Positions 40,229 through 54,310 of a DNA stretch of 64,000 nt are shown piece after piece. Origin of the DNA: Eledone cirrhosa (taxonomy: Eukaryota). A model generated the notes under the pieces. That model saw nothing but the letters and a program-made list of their open reading frames with translations. It had not been told where the DNA came from and searched no databases. The DNA lies in the NCBI GenBank assembly GCA_964016885.1, contig CAXHJY010000096.1, positions 248,001 through 312,000 of the forward strand, written 5' to 3'. Both the position numbers and the translations under genes were made by a program. Within the stretch, counting starts at the first letter, position 1. Every line of letters begins with the position of its first letter.

Positions 40229-42265
40229 GGGAAGATAATTTCCAGCCGTCCAAGGGGAGATAATTTCCAGCCGTCCAAGGGGAGATAATTTTTTTTTAAA
40301 AATCAGGCGGAGATAATTTGTAAAAAAAAAATCAGGGGGAGATAATTTGTAAAAAAAAATCAGGGGGAGATAATTTGTAAAAAAAAATCAGGGGGAGATA
40401 ATTTGTAAAAAAAATCAAGGGGAGATAATTTCCAGCCGTCCAAGGGAAGATAATTTCCAGCCCTCCAAGGGGCTATAATTTCCAGCGTCCAAGGGGAGAT
40501 AATTTCCAGCCAGCGAAGGGGAGATAATTTTTTTTTAAAAAATCATGCGGGGATAATTTGTAAAAAAAATCAGGGGGAGATAATTTGTAAAAAAAATCAA
40601 GGGGAGATAATTTCCAGCCGTCCAAAGAGAGATAATTTCTAGCCGTCCAAGGGGAGATAATTTCTAGCCGTCCAAGGGGAGATAATTTCCCGCCAGCCAA
40701 GGGAAGATAATTTTTTAAAAAATCAGGCGGAGATTGTAAAAAAAATCAGGGGGAGATAATTTGTAAAAAAATCAGGGGGAGATAATTTGTAAAAAAAAAA
40801 TCAGGGGGAGATAATTTGTAAAAAAAAATCAGAGGGAGATAATTTGTAAAAAAAAATCAGGGGGAGATAATTTGTAAAAAAAATCAGGGGTAGATAATTT
40901 GTAAAAAAATCAGGGGGAGATAATTTGTAAAAAAAAATCAGGGGGAGATAATTTGTAAAAAAAATCAAGGGGAGATAATTTCCAGCCGTCCAAGGGAAGA
41001 TAATTTCCAGCCGTCCAAGGGAAGATAATTTCCAGCCCTCCAAGGGGCTATAATTTCCAGCGTCCAAGGGGAGATAATTTCCAGCCAGCGAAGGGGAGAT
41101 AATTTTTTTTTTAAAAATCAGGGGTAGATAATTTGTAAAAAAAATCAGGGGGAGATAATTTGTAAAAAAAAATCAGGGGGAGATAATTTGTAAAAAAAAA
41201 TCAGGGGGAGATAATTTGTAAAAAAAATCAAGGGGAGATAATTTCCAGCCGTGCAAGGGGAGATAATTTCCAGCCGTCCAAGGGGAGATAATTTACATCC
41301 TTCCAAGGGGAGATAATTTCCAGCCGTCCAAGGGGAGATAATTTCCCGCCAGCCAAGGGAAGATAATTTTTAAAAAAATCAGGGGGAGATAATTTGTAAA
41401 AAAAAAATCAGGGGGAGATAATTTGTAAAAAAAAATCAAGGGGAGATAATTTGTAAAAAAAATCAGGGGGAGATAATTTGTAAAAAAAATCAGGGGGAGA
41501 TAATTTGTAAAAAAATCAGGGGGAGATAATTTGTAAAAAAAAAATCAGGGGGAGATAATTTGTAAAAAAAAATCAAGGGGAGATAATTTGTAAAAAAAAA
41601 TCAGGGGGAGATAATTTGTAAAAAAAATCAGGGGGAGATAATTTGTAAAAAAAATCAGGGGGAGATAATTTGTAAAAAAAAATCAGGGGGAGATAATTTG
41701 TAAAAAAAAATCAGGGGGAGATAATTTGTAAAAAAAATCAGGGGGAGATAATTTGTAAAAAAAATCAGGGGGAGATAATTTGTAAAAAAAATCAAGGGGA
41801 GATAATTTGCAGCCGTCCAAGGGGAGATAATTTTCAGCCGTCCAAGGAGAGGTAATTTCTAGCCGTCCAAGGGGAGATAATTTCCAGCCGTCCAAGGGGA
41901 GATAATTTCCAGCCGTCCAAGGGGAGATAATTTTTTTTTAAAAATCAGGCGGATATAATTTGTAAAAAAAAAAATCAGGGGGAGATAATTTGTAAAAAAA
42001 AATCAGGAGGAGATAATTTGTAAAAAAAAATCAGGGGGAGATAATTTGTAAAAAAAATCAAGGGGAGATAATTTCCAGCCGTCCAAGGGAAGATAATTTC
42101 CAGCCGTCCAAGGGAAGATAATTTCCAGCCCTCCAAGGGGCTATAATTTCCAGCGTCCAAGGGGAGATAATTTCCAGCCAGCGAAGGGGAGATAATTTTT
42201 TTTTTAAAAATCAGGGGGAGATAATTTGTAAAAAAAATCAGGGGGAGATAATTTGTAAAAAAAAA

Positions 42266-45200
42266 TCAGGGGGAGATAATTTGTAAAAAAAAATCAGGGG
42301 GAGATAATTTGTAAAAAAAAATCAGGGGGAGATAATTTGTAAAAAAAATCAAGGGGAGATAATTTCCAGCCGTCCAAGGGAAGATAATTTCCAGCCGTCC
42401 AAGGGAAGATAATTTCCAGCCCTCCAAGGGGCTATAATTTCCAGCGTCCAAGGGGAGATAATTTCCAGCCAGCGAAGGGGAGATAATTTTTTTTTTAAAA
42501 ATCAGGGGGAGATAATTTGTAAAAAAAATCAGGGGGAGATAATTTGTAAAAAAAAATCAGGGGGAGATAATTTGTAAAAAAAAATCAGGGGGAGATAATT
42601 TGTAAAAAAAATCAAGGGGAGATAATTTCCAGCCGTGCAAGGGGAGATAATTTCCAGCCGTCCAAGGGGAGATAATTTACATCCTTCCAAGGGGAGATAA
42701 TTTCCAGCCGTCCAAGGGGAGATAATTTCCCGCCAGCCAAGGGAAGATAATTTTTAAAAAAATCAGGGGGAGATAATTTGTAAAAAAAAAATCAGGGGGA
42801 GATAATTTGTAAAAAAAAATCAAGGGGAGATAATTTGTAAAAAAAATCAGGGGGAGATAATTTGTAAAAAAAATCAGGGGGAGATAATTTGTAAAAAAAT
42901 CAGGGGGAGATAATTTGTAAAAAAAAATCAGGGGGAGATAATTTGTAAAAAAAAATCAAGGGGAGATAATTTGTAAAAAAAAATGAGGGGGAGATAATTT
43001 GTAAAAAAAAATCAGGGGGAGATAATTTGTAAAAAAAATCAAGGGGAGATAATTTGCAGCCGTCGAAGGGGAGATAATTTTCAGCCGTCCAAGGAGAGAT
43101 AATTTCTAGCCGTCCAAGGGGAGATAATTTCCAGCCGTCCAAGGGGAGATAATTTCCAGCCGTCCAAGGGGAGATAATTTTTTTTAAAAAATCAAGCGGA
43201 GATAATTTGTAAAAAAAAAATCAGGGGGAGATAATTTGTAAAAAAAAATCAGGGGGAGATAATTTGTAAAAAAAAATCAGGGGGAGATAATTTGTAAAAA
43301 AAATCAAGGGGAGATAATTTCCAGCCGTCCAAGGGAAGATAATTTCCAGCCGTCCAAGGGAAGATAATTTCCAGCCCTCCAAGGGGCTATAATTTCCAGC
43401 GTCCAAGGGGAGATAATTTCCAGCCAGCGAAGGGGAGATAATTTTTTTTTATAAAATCAGGGGGAGATAATTTGTAAAAAAAATCAGGGGGAGATAATTT
43501 GTAAAAAAAAATCAGGGGGAGATAATTTGTAAAAAAAAATCAGGGGGAGATAATTTGTAAAAAAAATCAAGGGGAGATAATTTCCAGCCGTGCAAGGGGA
43601 GATAATTTCCAGCCGTCCAAGGGGAGATAATTTACATCCTTCCAAGGGGAGATAATTTCCAGCCGTCCAAGGGGAGATAATTTCCCGCCAGCCAAGGGAA
43701 GATAATTTTTAAAAAAATCAGGGGGAGATAATTTGTAAAAAAAAAATCAGGGGGAGATAATTTGTAAAAAAAAATCAAGGGGAGATAATTTGTAAAAAAA
43801 ATCAGGGGGAGATAATTTGTAAAAAAAATCAGGGGGAGATAATTTGTAAAAAAATCAGGGGGAGATAATTTGTAAAAAAAAAATCAGGGGGAGATAATTT
43901 GTAAAAAAAAATCAAGGGGAGATAATTTGTAAAAAAAAATCAGGGGGAGATAATTTGTAAAAAAAATCAGGGGGAGATAATTTGTAAAAAAAATCAGGGG
44001 GAGATAATTTGTAAAAAAAAATCAGGGGGAGATAATTTGTAAAAAAAATCAAGGGGAGATAATTTGCAGCCGTCCAAGGGGAGATAATTTTCAGCCGTCC
44101 AAGGAGAGGTAATTTCTAGCCGTCCAAGGGGAGATAATTTCCAGCCGTCCAAGGGGAGATAATTTTTTTTTAAAAATCAAGCGGAGATAATTTGTAAAAA
44201 AAAAATCAGGGGGAGATAATTTGTAAAAAAAAATCAGGGGGAGATAATTTGTAAAAAAAAATCAGGGGGAGATAATTTGTAAAAAAAATCAAGGGGAGAT
44301 AATTTCCAGCCGTCCAAGGGAAGATAATTTCCAGCCGTCCAAGGGAAGATAATTTCCAGCCCTCCAAGGGGCTATAATTTCCAGCGTCCAAGGGGAGATA
44401 ATTTCCAGCCAGCGAAGGGGAGATAATTTTTTTTTTAAAAATCAGGGGGAGATAATTTGTAAAAAAAATCAGGGGGAGATAATTTGTAAAAAAAAATCAG
44501 GGGGAGATAATTTGTAAAAAAAAATCAGGGGGAGATAATTTGTAAAAAAAATCAAGGGGAGATAATTTCCAGCCGTGCAAGGGGAGATAATTTCCAGCCG
44601 TCCAAGGGGAGATAATTTACATCCTTCCAAGGGGAGATAATTTCCAGCCGTCCAAGGGGAGATAATTTCCCGCCAGCCAAGGGAAGATAATTTTTAAAAA
44701 AATCAGGGGGAGATAATTTGTAAAAAAAAAATCAGGGGGAGATAATTTGTAAAAAAAAATCAAGGGGAGATAATTTGTAAAAAAAATCAGGGGGAGATAA
44801 TTTGTAAAAAAAATCAGGGGGAGATAATTTGTAAAAAAATCAGGGGGAGATAATTTGTAAAAAAAAATCAGGGGGAGATAATTTGTAAAAAAAAATCAAG
44901 GGGAGATAATTTGTAAAAAAAAATCAGGGGGAGATAATTTGTAAAAAAAAATCAGGGGGAGATAATTTGTAAAAAAAATCAAGGGGAGATAATTTGCAGC
45001 CGTCGAAGGGGAGATAGTTTTCAGCCGTCCAAGGAGAGATAATTTCTAGCCGTCCAAGGGGAGATAATTTCCAGCCGTCCAAGGGGAGATAATTTCCAGC
45101 CGTCCAAGGGGAGATAATTTTTTTTAAAAAATCAAGCGGAGATAATTTGTAAAAAAAAAATCAGGGGGAGATAATTTGTAAAAAAAAATCAGGGGGAGAT

Positions 45201-46220
45201 AATTTGTAAAAAAAAATCAGGGGGAGATAATTTGTAAAAAAAATCAAGGGGAGATAATTTCCAGCCGTCCAAGGGAAGATAATTTCCAGCCGTCCAAGGG
45301 AAGATAATTTCCAGCCCTCCAAGGGGCTATAATTTCCAGCGTCCAAGGGGAGATAATTTCCAGCCAGCGAAGGGGAGATAATTTTTTTTTATAAAATCAG
45401 GGGGAGATAATTTGTAAAAAAAATCAGGGGGAGATAATTTGTAAAAAAAAATCAGGGGGAGATAATTTGTAAAAAAAAATCAGGGGGAGATAATTTGTAA
45501 AAAAAATCAAGGGGAGATAATTTCCAGCCGTGCAAGGGGAGATAATTTCCAGCCGTCCAAGGGGAGATAATTTACATCCTTCCAAGGGGAGATAATTTCC
45601 AGCCGTCCAAGGGGAGATAATTTCCCGCCAGCCAAGGGAAGATAATTTTTAAAAAAATCAGGGGGAGATAATTTGTAAAAAAAAAATCAGGGGGAGATAA
45701 TTTGTAAAAAAAAATCAAGGGGAGATAATTTGTAAAAAAAATGAGGGGGAGATAATTTGTAAAAAAAATCAGGGGGAGATAATTTGTAAAAAAATCAGGG
45801 GGAGATAATTTGTAAAAAAAAAATCAGGGGGAGATAATTTGTAAAAAAAAATCAAGGGGAGATAATTTGTAAAAAAAAATCAGGGGGAGATAATTTGTAA
45901 AAAAAATCAGGGGGAGATAATTTGTAAAAAAAATCAGGGGGAGATAATTTGTAAAAAAAAATCAGGGGGAGATAATTTGTAAAAAAAAATCAGGGGGAGA
46001 TAATTTGTAAAAAAAATCAGGGGGAGATAATTTGTAAAAAAATCAGGGGGAGATAATTTGTAAAAAAAATCAAGGGGAGATAATTTGCAGCCGTCCAAGG
46101 GGAGATAATTTTCAGCCGTCCAAGGAGAGGTAATTTCTAGCCGTCCAAGGGGAGATAATTTCCAGCCGTCCAAGGGGAGATAATTTCCAGCCGTCCAAGG
46201 GGAGATAATTTTTTTTTAAA
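42266..46220 (+). repeat. Second tandem run of the ~955-985 bp higher-order repeat, about 4 copies
   Basis: Identical ORF-track units at 42266, 43221, 44206, 45161 (periods 955, 985, 955). Confidence 0.88.
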
Positions 46221-49200
46221 AATCAGGCGGAGATAATTTGTAAAAAAAAAAATCAGGGGGAGATAATTTGTAAAAAAAAATCAGGGGGAGATAATTTGTA
46301 AAAAAAAATCAGGGGGAGATAATTTGTAAAAAAAATCAAGGGGAGATAATTTCCAGCCGTCCAAGGGAAGATAATTTCCAGCCCTCCAAGGGGCTATAAT
46401 TTCCAGCGTCCAAGGGGAGATAATTTCCAGCCAGCGAAGGGGAGATAATTTTTTTTTTAAAAATCATGCGGGGATAATTTGTAAAAAAAATCAGGGGGAG
46501 ATAATTTGTAAAAAAAATCAAGGGGAGATAATTTCCAGCCGTCCAAAGAGAGATAATTTCTAGCCGTCCAAGGGGAGATAATTTCCAGCCGTCCAAGGGG
46601 AGATAATTTCCCGCCAGCCAAGGGAAGATAATTTTTTAAAAAATCAGGCGGAGATTGTAAAAAAAATCAGGGGGAGATAATTTGTAAAAAAATCAGGGGG
46701 AGATAATTTGTAAAAAAAAAATCAGGGGGAGATAATTTGTAAAAAAAAATCAGAGGGAGATAATTTGTAAAAAAAAATCAGGGGGAGATAATTTGTAAAA
46801 AAAATCAGGGGTAGATAATTTGTAAAAAAAATCAGGGGGAGATAATTTGTAAAAAAAAATCAGGGGGAGATAATTTGTAAAAAAAATCAAGGGGAGATAA
46901 TTTCCAGCCGTCCAAGGGAAGATAATTTCCAGCCGTCCAAGGGAAGATAATTTCCAGCCCTCCAAGGGGCTATAATTTCCAGCGTCCAAGGGGAGATAAT
47001 TTCCAGCCAGCGAAGGGGAGATAATTTTTTTTTTAAAAATCATGCGGGGATAATTTGTAAAAAAAATCAGGGGGAGATAATTTGTAAAAAAAATCAAGGG
47101 GAGATAATTTCCAGCCGTCCAAAGAGAGATAATTTCTAGCCGTCCAAGGGGAGATAATTTCCAGCCGTCCAAGGGGAGATAATTTCCCGCCAGCCAAAGG
47201 AAGATAATTTTTTAAAAAATCAGGCGGAGATTGTAAAAAAAATCAGGGGGAGATAATTTGTAAAAAAAATCAGGGGGAGATAATTTGTAAAAAAAATCAG
47301 GGGGAGATAATTTGTAAAAAAAATCAGGGGGAGATAATTTGTAAAAAAAAATCAGGGGGAGATAATTTGTAAAAAAAATCAGGGGGAGATAATTTGTAAA
47401 AAAAATCAGGGGGAGATAATTTGTAAAAAAAATCAAGGGGAGATAATTTGCAGCCGTCCAAGGGGAGATAATTTTCAGCCGTCCAAGGAGAGGTAATTTC
47501 TAGCCGTCCAAGGGGAGATAATTTCCAGCCGTCCAAGGGGAGATAATTTCCAGCCGTCCAAGGGGAGATAATTTTTTTAAAAAAATCAGGCGGAGATAAT
47601 TTGTAAAAAAAAAATCAGGGGGAGATAATTTGTAAAAAAAAATCAGTGGGAGATAATTTGTAAAAAAAAATCAGGGGGAGATAATTTGTAAAAAAAAATC
47701 AGGGGGAGATAATTTGTAAAAAAATCAAGGGGAGATAATTTCCAGCCGGCCAAGGGGAGATAATTTTCAGCCGTCCAAGGAGAGGTAATTTCTAGCCGTC
47801 CAAGGGGAGATAATTTCCAGCCGTCCAAGGGGAGATAATTTCCAGCCGTCCAAGGGGAGATAATTTCCAGCCGTCCAAGGAGACATATTTTCCAGCCGTC
47901 CAAGGAGAGGTAATTTCTAGCCGTCCAAGGGGAGATAAATTCCTGCCTCCAAGGGGAGATAATTTCCAGCCAGCCAAGGGGAGATAATTTGTAAAAAAAT
48001 CAGGGGGAGATAATTTGTAAAAAAAATCAGGGGGAGATAATTTGTAAAAAAAAATCAGGGGGAGATAATTTGTAAAAAAAAATCAGGGGAGATAATTTGT
48101 AAAAAAAATCAGGGGAAGATAATTTGTAAAAAAAATCAAGGGGAGATAATTTCCAGCCGTCCAAGGGGAGATAATTTTCAGCCGTCCAAGGAGAGGTAAT
48201 TTCTAGCCGTCCAAGGAGAGATAATTTCCAGCCGTCCAAGGGGAGATAATTTCCAGCCGTCCAAGGGGAGATGATTTTTTAAAAAAAATCAGGCGGAGAT
48301 AAGTTGTAAAAAAAAATCAGGGGGAGATAATTTGTAAAAAAAAATCAGGGGGAGATAATTTGTAAAAAAAAATCAGGGGGAGATAATTTGTAAAAAAAAT
48401 CAAGGGGAGATAATTTCCAGCCGTCCAAGGGAAGATAATTTCCAGCCCTCCAAGGGGCTATAATTTCCAGCGTCCAAGGGGAGATAATTTCCAGCCAGCG
48501 AAGGGGAGATAATTTTTTTAAAAAAATCACTGGGATATTTGTAAAAAAAATCAGGGGGAGATAATTTGTAAAAAAAATCAAGGGGAGATAATTTCCAGCC
48601 GTCCAAAGAGAGATAATTTCTAGCCGTCCAAGGGGAGATAATTTCCAGCCTTCCAAGGGGAGATAATTTTTTAAAAAATCAGGTGGAGATAATTTGTAAA
48701 AAAAATCAGTGGAAGATAATTTGTAAAAACAAAATCAAGGGCAGATAATTTCCAGCCGTCCAAGGGGAGATAATTTCCCGCCAGCCAAGGGAAGATAATA
48801 TTTAAAAAAATCAGGCGGAGATAATTTGTAAAAAAAATCAGGGGGAGATAATTTGTAAAAAAATCAGGGGGAGATAATTTGTAAAAGAAAAATCAGGGGG
48901 AGATAATTTGTAAAAAAAATCAGGGGGAGATAATTTGTAAAAAAAATCAGGGGTAGATAATTTGTAAAAAAAAATCAGGGGGAGATAATTTGTAAAAAAA
49001 AATCAGGGGGAGATAATTTGTAAAAAAAATCAAGGGGAGATAATTTGTAGCCGTCCAAGGGGAGATAATTTTCAGCCGTCCAAGGAGAGATAATTTCTAG
49101 CCGTCCAAGGGGAGATAATTTCCAGCCGTCCAAGGGGAGATAATTTCCAGCCGTCCAAGGGGAGATAATTTTTTTTAAAAAATCAAGCGGAGATAATTTG

Positions 49201-52200
49201 TAAAAAAAAAATCAGGGGGAGATAATTTGTAAAAAAAAATCAGGGGGAGATAATTTGTAAAAAAAAATCAGGGGGAGATAATTTGTAAAAAAAATCAAGG
49301 GGAGATAATTTCCAGCCGTCCAAGGGAAGATAATTTCCAGCCGTCCAAGGGAAGATAATTTCCAGCCCTCCAAGGGGCTATAATTTCCAGCGTCCAAGGG
49401 GAGATAATTTCCAGCCAGCGAAGGGGAGATAATTTTTTTTTTAAAAATCAGGGGGAGATAATTTGTAAAAAAAATCAGGGGGAGATAATTTGTAAAAAAA
49501 AATCAGGGGGAGATAATTTGTAAAAAAAAATCAGGGGGAGATAATTTGTAAAAAAAATCAAGGGGAGATAATATCAAGCCGTGCAAGGGGAGATAATTTC
49601 CAGCCGTCCAAGGGGAGATAATTTACATCCTTCCAAGGGGAGATAATTTCCCGCCAGCCAAGGAAAGATAATTTTTAAAAAAATCAGGGGGAGATAATTT
49701 GTAAAAAAAAAATCAGGGGGAGATAATTTGTAAAAAAAAATCAAGGGGAGATAATTTGTAAAAAAAATCAGGGGGAGATAATTTGTAAAAAAAAAATCAG
49801 GGGGAGATAATTTGTAAAAAAAAATCAAGGGGAGATAATTTGTAAAAAAAATCAGGTGGAGATAATTTGTAAAAAAAATCAGGGGGAGATAATTTGTAAA
49901 AAAATCAGGGGGAGATAATTTGTAAAAAAAAAATCAGGGGGAGATAATTTGTAAAAAAAAATCAAGGGGAGATAATTTGTAAAAAAAAATCAGGGGGAGA
50001 TAATTTGTAAAAAAAAATCAGGGGGAGATAATTTGTAAAAAAAATCAAGGGGAGATAATTTGCAGCCGTCCAAGGGGAGATAATTTTCAGCCGTCCAAGG
50101 AGAGATAATTTCTAGCCGTCCAAGGGGAGATAATTTCCAGCCGTCCAAGGGGAGATAATTTCCAGCCGTCCAAGGGGAGATAATTTTTTTTAAAAAATCA
50201 AGCGGAGATAATTTGTAAAAAAAAAATCAGGGGGAGATAATTTGTAAAAAAAAATCAGGGGGAGATAATTTGTAAAAAAAAATCAGGGGGAGATAATTTG
50301 TAAAAAAAATCAAGGGGAGATAATTTCCAGCCGTCCAAGGGAAGATAATTTCCAGCCGTCCAAGGGAAGATAATTTCCAGCCCTCCAAGGGGCTATAATT
50401 TCCAGCGTCCAAGGGGAGATAATTTCCAGCCAGCGAAGGGGAGATAATTTTTTTTTTTTAAATCAGGGGGAGATAATTTGTAAAAAAAATCAGGGGGAGA
50501 TAATTTGTAAAAAAAAATCAGGGGGAGATAATTTGTAAAAAAAAATCAGGGGGAGATAATTTGTAAAAAAAATCAAGGGGAGATAATTTCCAGCCGTGCA
50601 AGGGGAGATAATTTCCAGCCGTCCAAGGGGAGATAATTTACATCCTTCCAAGGGGAGATAATTTCCAGCCGTCCAAGGGGAGATAATTTCCCGCCAGCCA
50701 AGGGAAGATAATTTTTAAAAAAATCAGGGGGAGATAATTTGTAAAAAAAAAATCAGGGGGAGATAATTTGTAAAAAAAAATCAAGGGGAGATAATTTGTA
50801 AAAAAAATCAGGGGGAGATAATTTGTAAAAAAAATCAGGGGGAGATAATTTGTAAAAAAATCAGGGGGAGATAATTTGTAAAAAAAAAATCAGGGGGAGA
50901 TAATTTGTAAAAAAAAATCAAGGGGAGATAATTTGTAAAAAAAAATCAGGGGGAGATAATTTGTAAAAAAAATCAGGGGGAGATAATTTGTAAAAAAATC
51001 AGGGGGAGATAATTTGTAAAAAAAAATCAGGGGGAGATAATTTGTAAAAAAAAATCAGGGGGAGATAATTTGTAAAAAAAATCAGGGGGAGATAATTTGT
51101 AAAAAAAATCAGGGGGAGATAATTTGTAAAAAAAATCAAGGGGAGATAATTTGCAGCCGTCCAAGGGGAGATAATTTTCAGCCGTCCAAGGAGAGGTAAT
51201 TTCTAGCCGTCCAAGGGGAGATAATTTCCAGCCGTCCAAGGGGAGATAATTTCCAGCCGTCCAAGGGGAGATAATTTTTTTTTAAAAATCAGGCGGAGAT
51301 AATTTGTAAAAAAAAAAATCAGGGGGAGATAATTTGTAAAAAAAAATCAGGGGGAGATAATTTGTAAAAAAAAATCAGGGGGAGATAATTTGTAAAAAAA
51401 ATCAAGGGGAGATAATTTCCAGCCGTCCAAGGGAAGATAATTTCCAGCCCTCCAAGGGGCTATAATTTCCAGCGTCCAAGGGGAGATAATTTCCAGCCAG
51501 CGAAGGGGAGATAATTTTTTTTTAAAAAATCATGCGGGGATAATTTGTAAAAAAAATCAGGGGGAGATAATTTGTAAAAAAAATCAAGGGGAGATAATTT
51601 CCAGCCGTCCAAAGAGAGATAATTTCTAGCCGTCCAAGGGGAGATAATTTCCAGCCGTCCAAGGGGAGATAATTTCCCGCCAGCCAAGGGAAGATAATTT
51701 TTTAAAAAATCAGGCGGAGATTGTAAAAAAAATCAGGGGGAGATAATTTGTAAAAAAATCAGGGGGAGATAATTTGTAAAAAAAAAATCAGGGGGAGATA
51801 ATTTGTAAAAAAAAATCAGAGGGAGATAATTTGTAAAAAAAAATCAGGGGGAGATAATTTGTAAAAAAAATCAGGGGTAGATAATTTGTAAAAAAAATCA
51901 GGGGGAGATAATTTGTAAAAAAAAATCAGGGGGAGATAATTTGTAAAAAAAATCAAGGGGAGATAATTTCCAGCCGTCCAAGGGAAGATAATTTCCAGCC
52001 GTCCAAGGGAAGATAATTTCCAGCCCTCCAAGGGGCTATAATTTCCAGCGTCCAAGGGGAGATAATTTCCAGCCAGCGAAGGGGAGATAATTTTTTTTTT
52101 AAAAATCAGGGGTAGATAATTTGTAAAAAAAATCAGGGGGAGATAATTTGTAAAAAAAAATCAGGGGGAGATAATTTGTAAAAAAAAATCAGGGGGAGAT

Positions 52201-52370
52201 AATTTGTAAAAAAAATCAAGGGGAGATAATTTCCAGCCGTGCAAGGGGAGATAATTTCCAGCCGTCCAAGGGGAGATAATTTACATCCTTCCAAGGGGAG
52301 ATAATTTCCAGCCGTCCAAGGGGAGATAATTTCCCGCCAGCCAAGGGAAGATAATTTTTAAAAAAATCAG
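44230..52370 (+). repeat. ~8 kb copy of ~18,050-26,165 (offset ~26,175-26,206 bp), including a third partial copy of the 10 kb unit
   Basis: Offsets 18032/44206, 18985/45161, 20161/46336, 21037/47212, 21468/47643, 23036/49212, 24021/50227, 25610/51816. Confidence 0.87.
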
Positions 52371-54310
52371 GGGGAGATAATTTGTAAAAAAAATCAGGGG
52401 GAGATAATTTGTAAAAAAAATCAGGGGGAGATAATTTGTAAAAAAAATCAGGGGGAGATAATTTGTAAAAAAAATCAGGGGTAGATAATTGGTAAAAAAA
52501 ATCAGGGGGAGATAATTTGTAAAAAAAATCAGGGGGAGATAATTTGTAAAAAAAATCAAGGGGAGATAATTTGCAGCCGTCCAAGGGGAGATAATTTTCA
52601 GCCGTCCAAGGAGAGGTAATTTCTAGCCGTCCAAGGCGAGATAATTTCCAGCCGTCCAAGGGGAGATAATTTCCAGCCGTCCAAGGGGAGATAATTTTTT
52701 TAAAAAAATCAGGCGGAGATAATTTGTAAAAAAAAAATCAGGGGGAGATAATTTGTAAAAAAAAATCAGTGGGAGATAATTTGTAAAAAAAAATCAGGGG
52801 GAGATAATTTGTAAAAAAAATCAAGGGGAGATAATTTCCAGCCGTCCAAGGGAAGATAATTTCCAGCCCTCCAAGGGGCTATAATTTCCAGCGTCCAAGG
52901 GGAGATAATTTCCAGCCAGCGAAGGGGAGATAATTTTTTTTTAAAAAATCATGGGGGGATAATTTGTAAAAAAAAATCAGGGGGAGATAATTTGTAAAAA
53001 AAAATCAGGGGAGATAATTTGTAAAAAAAATCAGGGGGAGATAATTTGTAAAAAAAAATCAGGGGAAGATAATTTGTAAAAAAAATCAAGCGGAGATAAT
53101 TTGCAGCCGTCCAAGGGGAGATAATTTCCCGCCAGCCAAGGAGAGATAATATTTAAAAAAATCAGGCGGAGATAATTTGTAAAAAAAATCAGGGGGAGAT
53201 AATTTGTAAAAAAAATCAGGGGGAGATAATTTCCAGCCGTCCAAGGGGAGATAATTTTCAGCCGTCCAAGGAGAGGTAATTTCTAGCCGTCCAAGGGGAG
53301 ATAATTTCCAGCCGTCCAAGGGGAGATAATTTCCAGCCGTCCAAGGGGAGATAATTTCCAGCCGTCCAAGGAGACATATTTTCCAGCCGTCCAAGGAGAG
53401 GTAATTTCTAGCCGTCCAAGGGGAGATAAATTCCTGCCTCCAAGGGGAGATAATTTCCAGCCAGCCAAGGGGAGATAATTTGTAAAAAAATCAGGGGGAG
53501 ATAATTTGTAAAAAAAATCAGGGGGAGATAATTTGTAAAAAAAAATCAGGGGGAGATAATTTGTAAAAAAAAATCAGGGGAGATAATTTGTAAAAAAAAT
53601 CAGGGGGAGATAATTTGTAAAAAAAATCAAGGGGAGATAATTTCCAGCCGTCCAAGGGGAGATAATTTTCAATTGTCCAAGGAGAGGTAATTTCTAGCCG
53701 TCCAAGGAGAGATAATTTCCAGCCGTCCAAGGGGAGATAATTTCCAGCCGTCCAAGGGGAGATGATTTTTAAAAAAAAATCAGGCGGAGATAAGTTGTAA
53801 AAAAAAATCAGGGGGAGATAATTTGTAAAAAAAATCAGGGGGAGATAATTTGTAAAAAAAAATCAGGGGGAGATAATTTGTAAAAAAAATCAAGGGGAGA
53901 TAATTTCCAGCCGTCCAAAGAGAGATAATTTCTAGCCGTCCAAGGGGAGATAATTTCCAGCCTTCCAAGGGGAGATAATTTTTTAAAAAATCAGGTGGAG
54001 ATAATTTGTAAAAAAAATCAGTGGAAGATAATTTGTAAAAAGAAAATCAAGGGCAGATAATTTCCAGCCGTCCAAGGGGAGATAATTTCCCGCCAGCCAA
54101 GGGAAGATAATATTTAAAAAAATCAGGCGGAGATAATTTGTAAAAAAAATCAGGGGGAGATAATTTGTAAAAAAATCAGGGGGAGATAATTTGTAAAAGA
54201 AAAATCAGGGGGAGATAATTTGTAAAAAGAAAATCAAGGGGAGATAATTTCCAGCCGTCCAAGGGGAGATAATTTCCCGCCAGCCAAGGAGAGATAATAT
54301 TTAAAAAAAT
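49450..54310 (+). repeat. Tandem higher-order duplication, short copy (~4,862 bp)
   Basis: Offsets of 4,862 for 49574/54436, 50227/55089, 51027/55889, 51816/56678; private marker ATAATATCAAGCCGTGC at ~49570 and ~54430. Confidence 0.85.
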
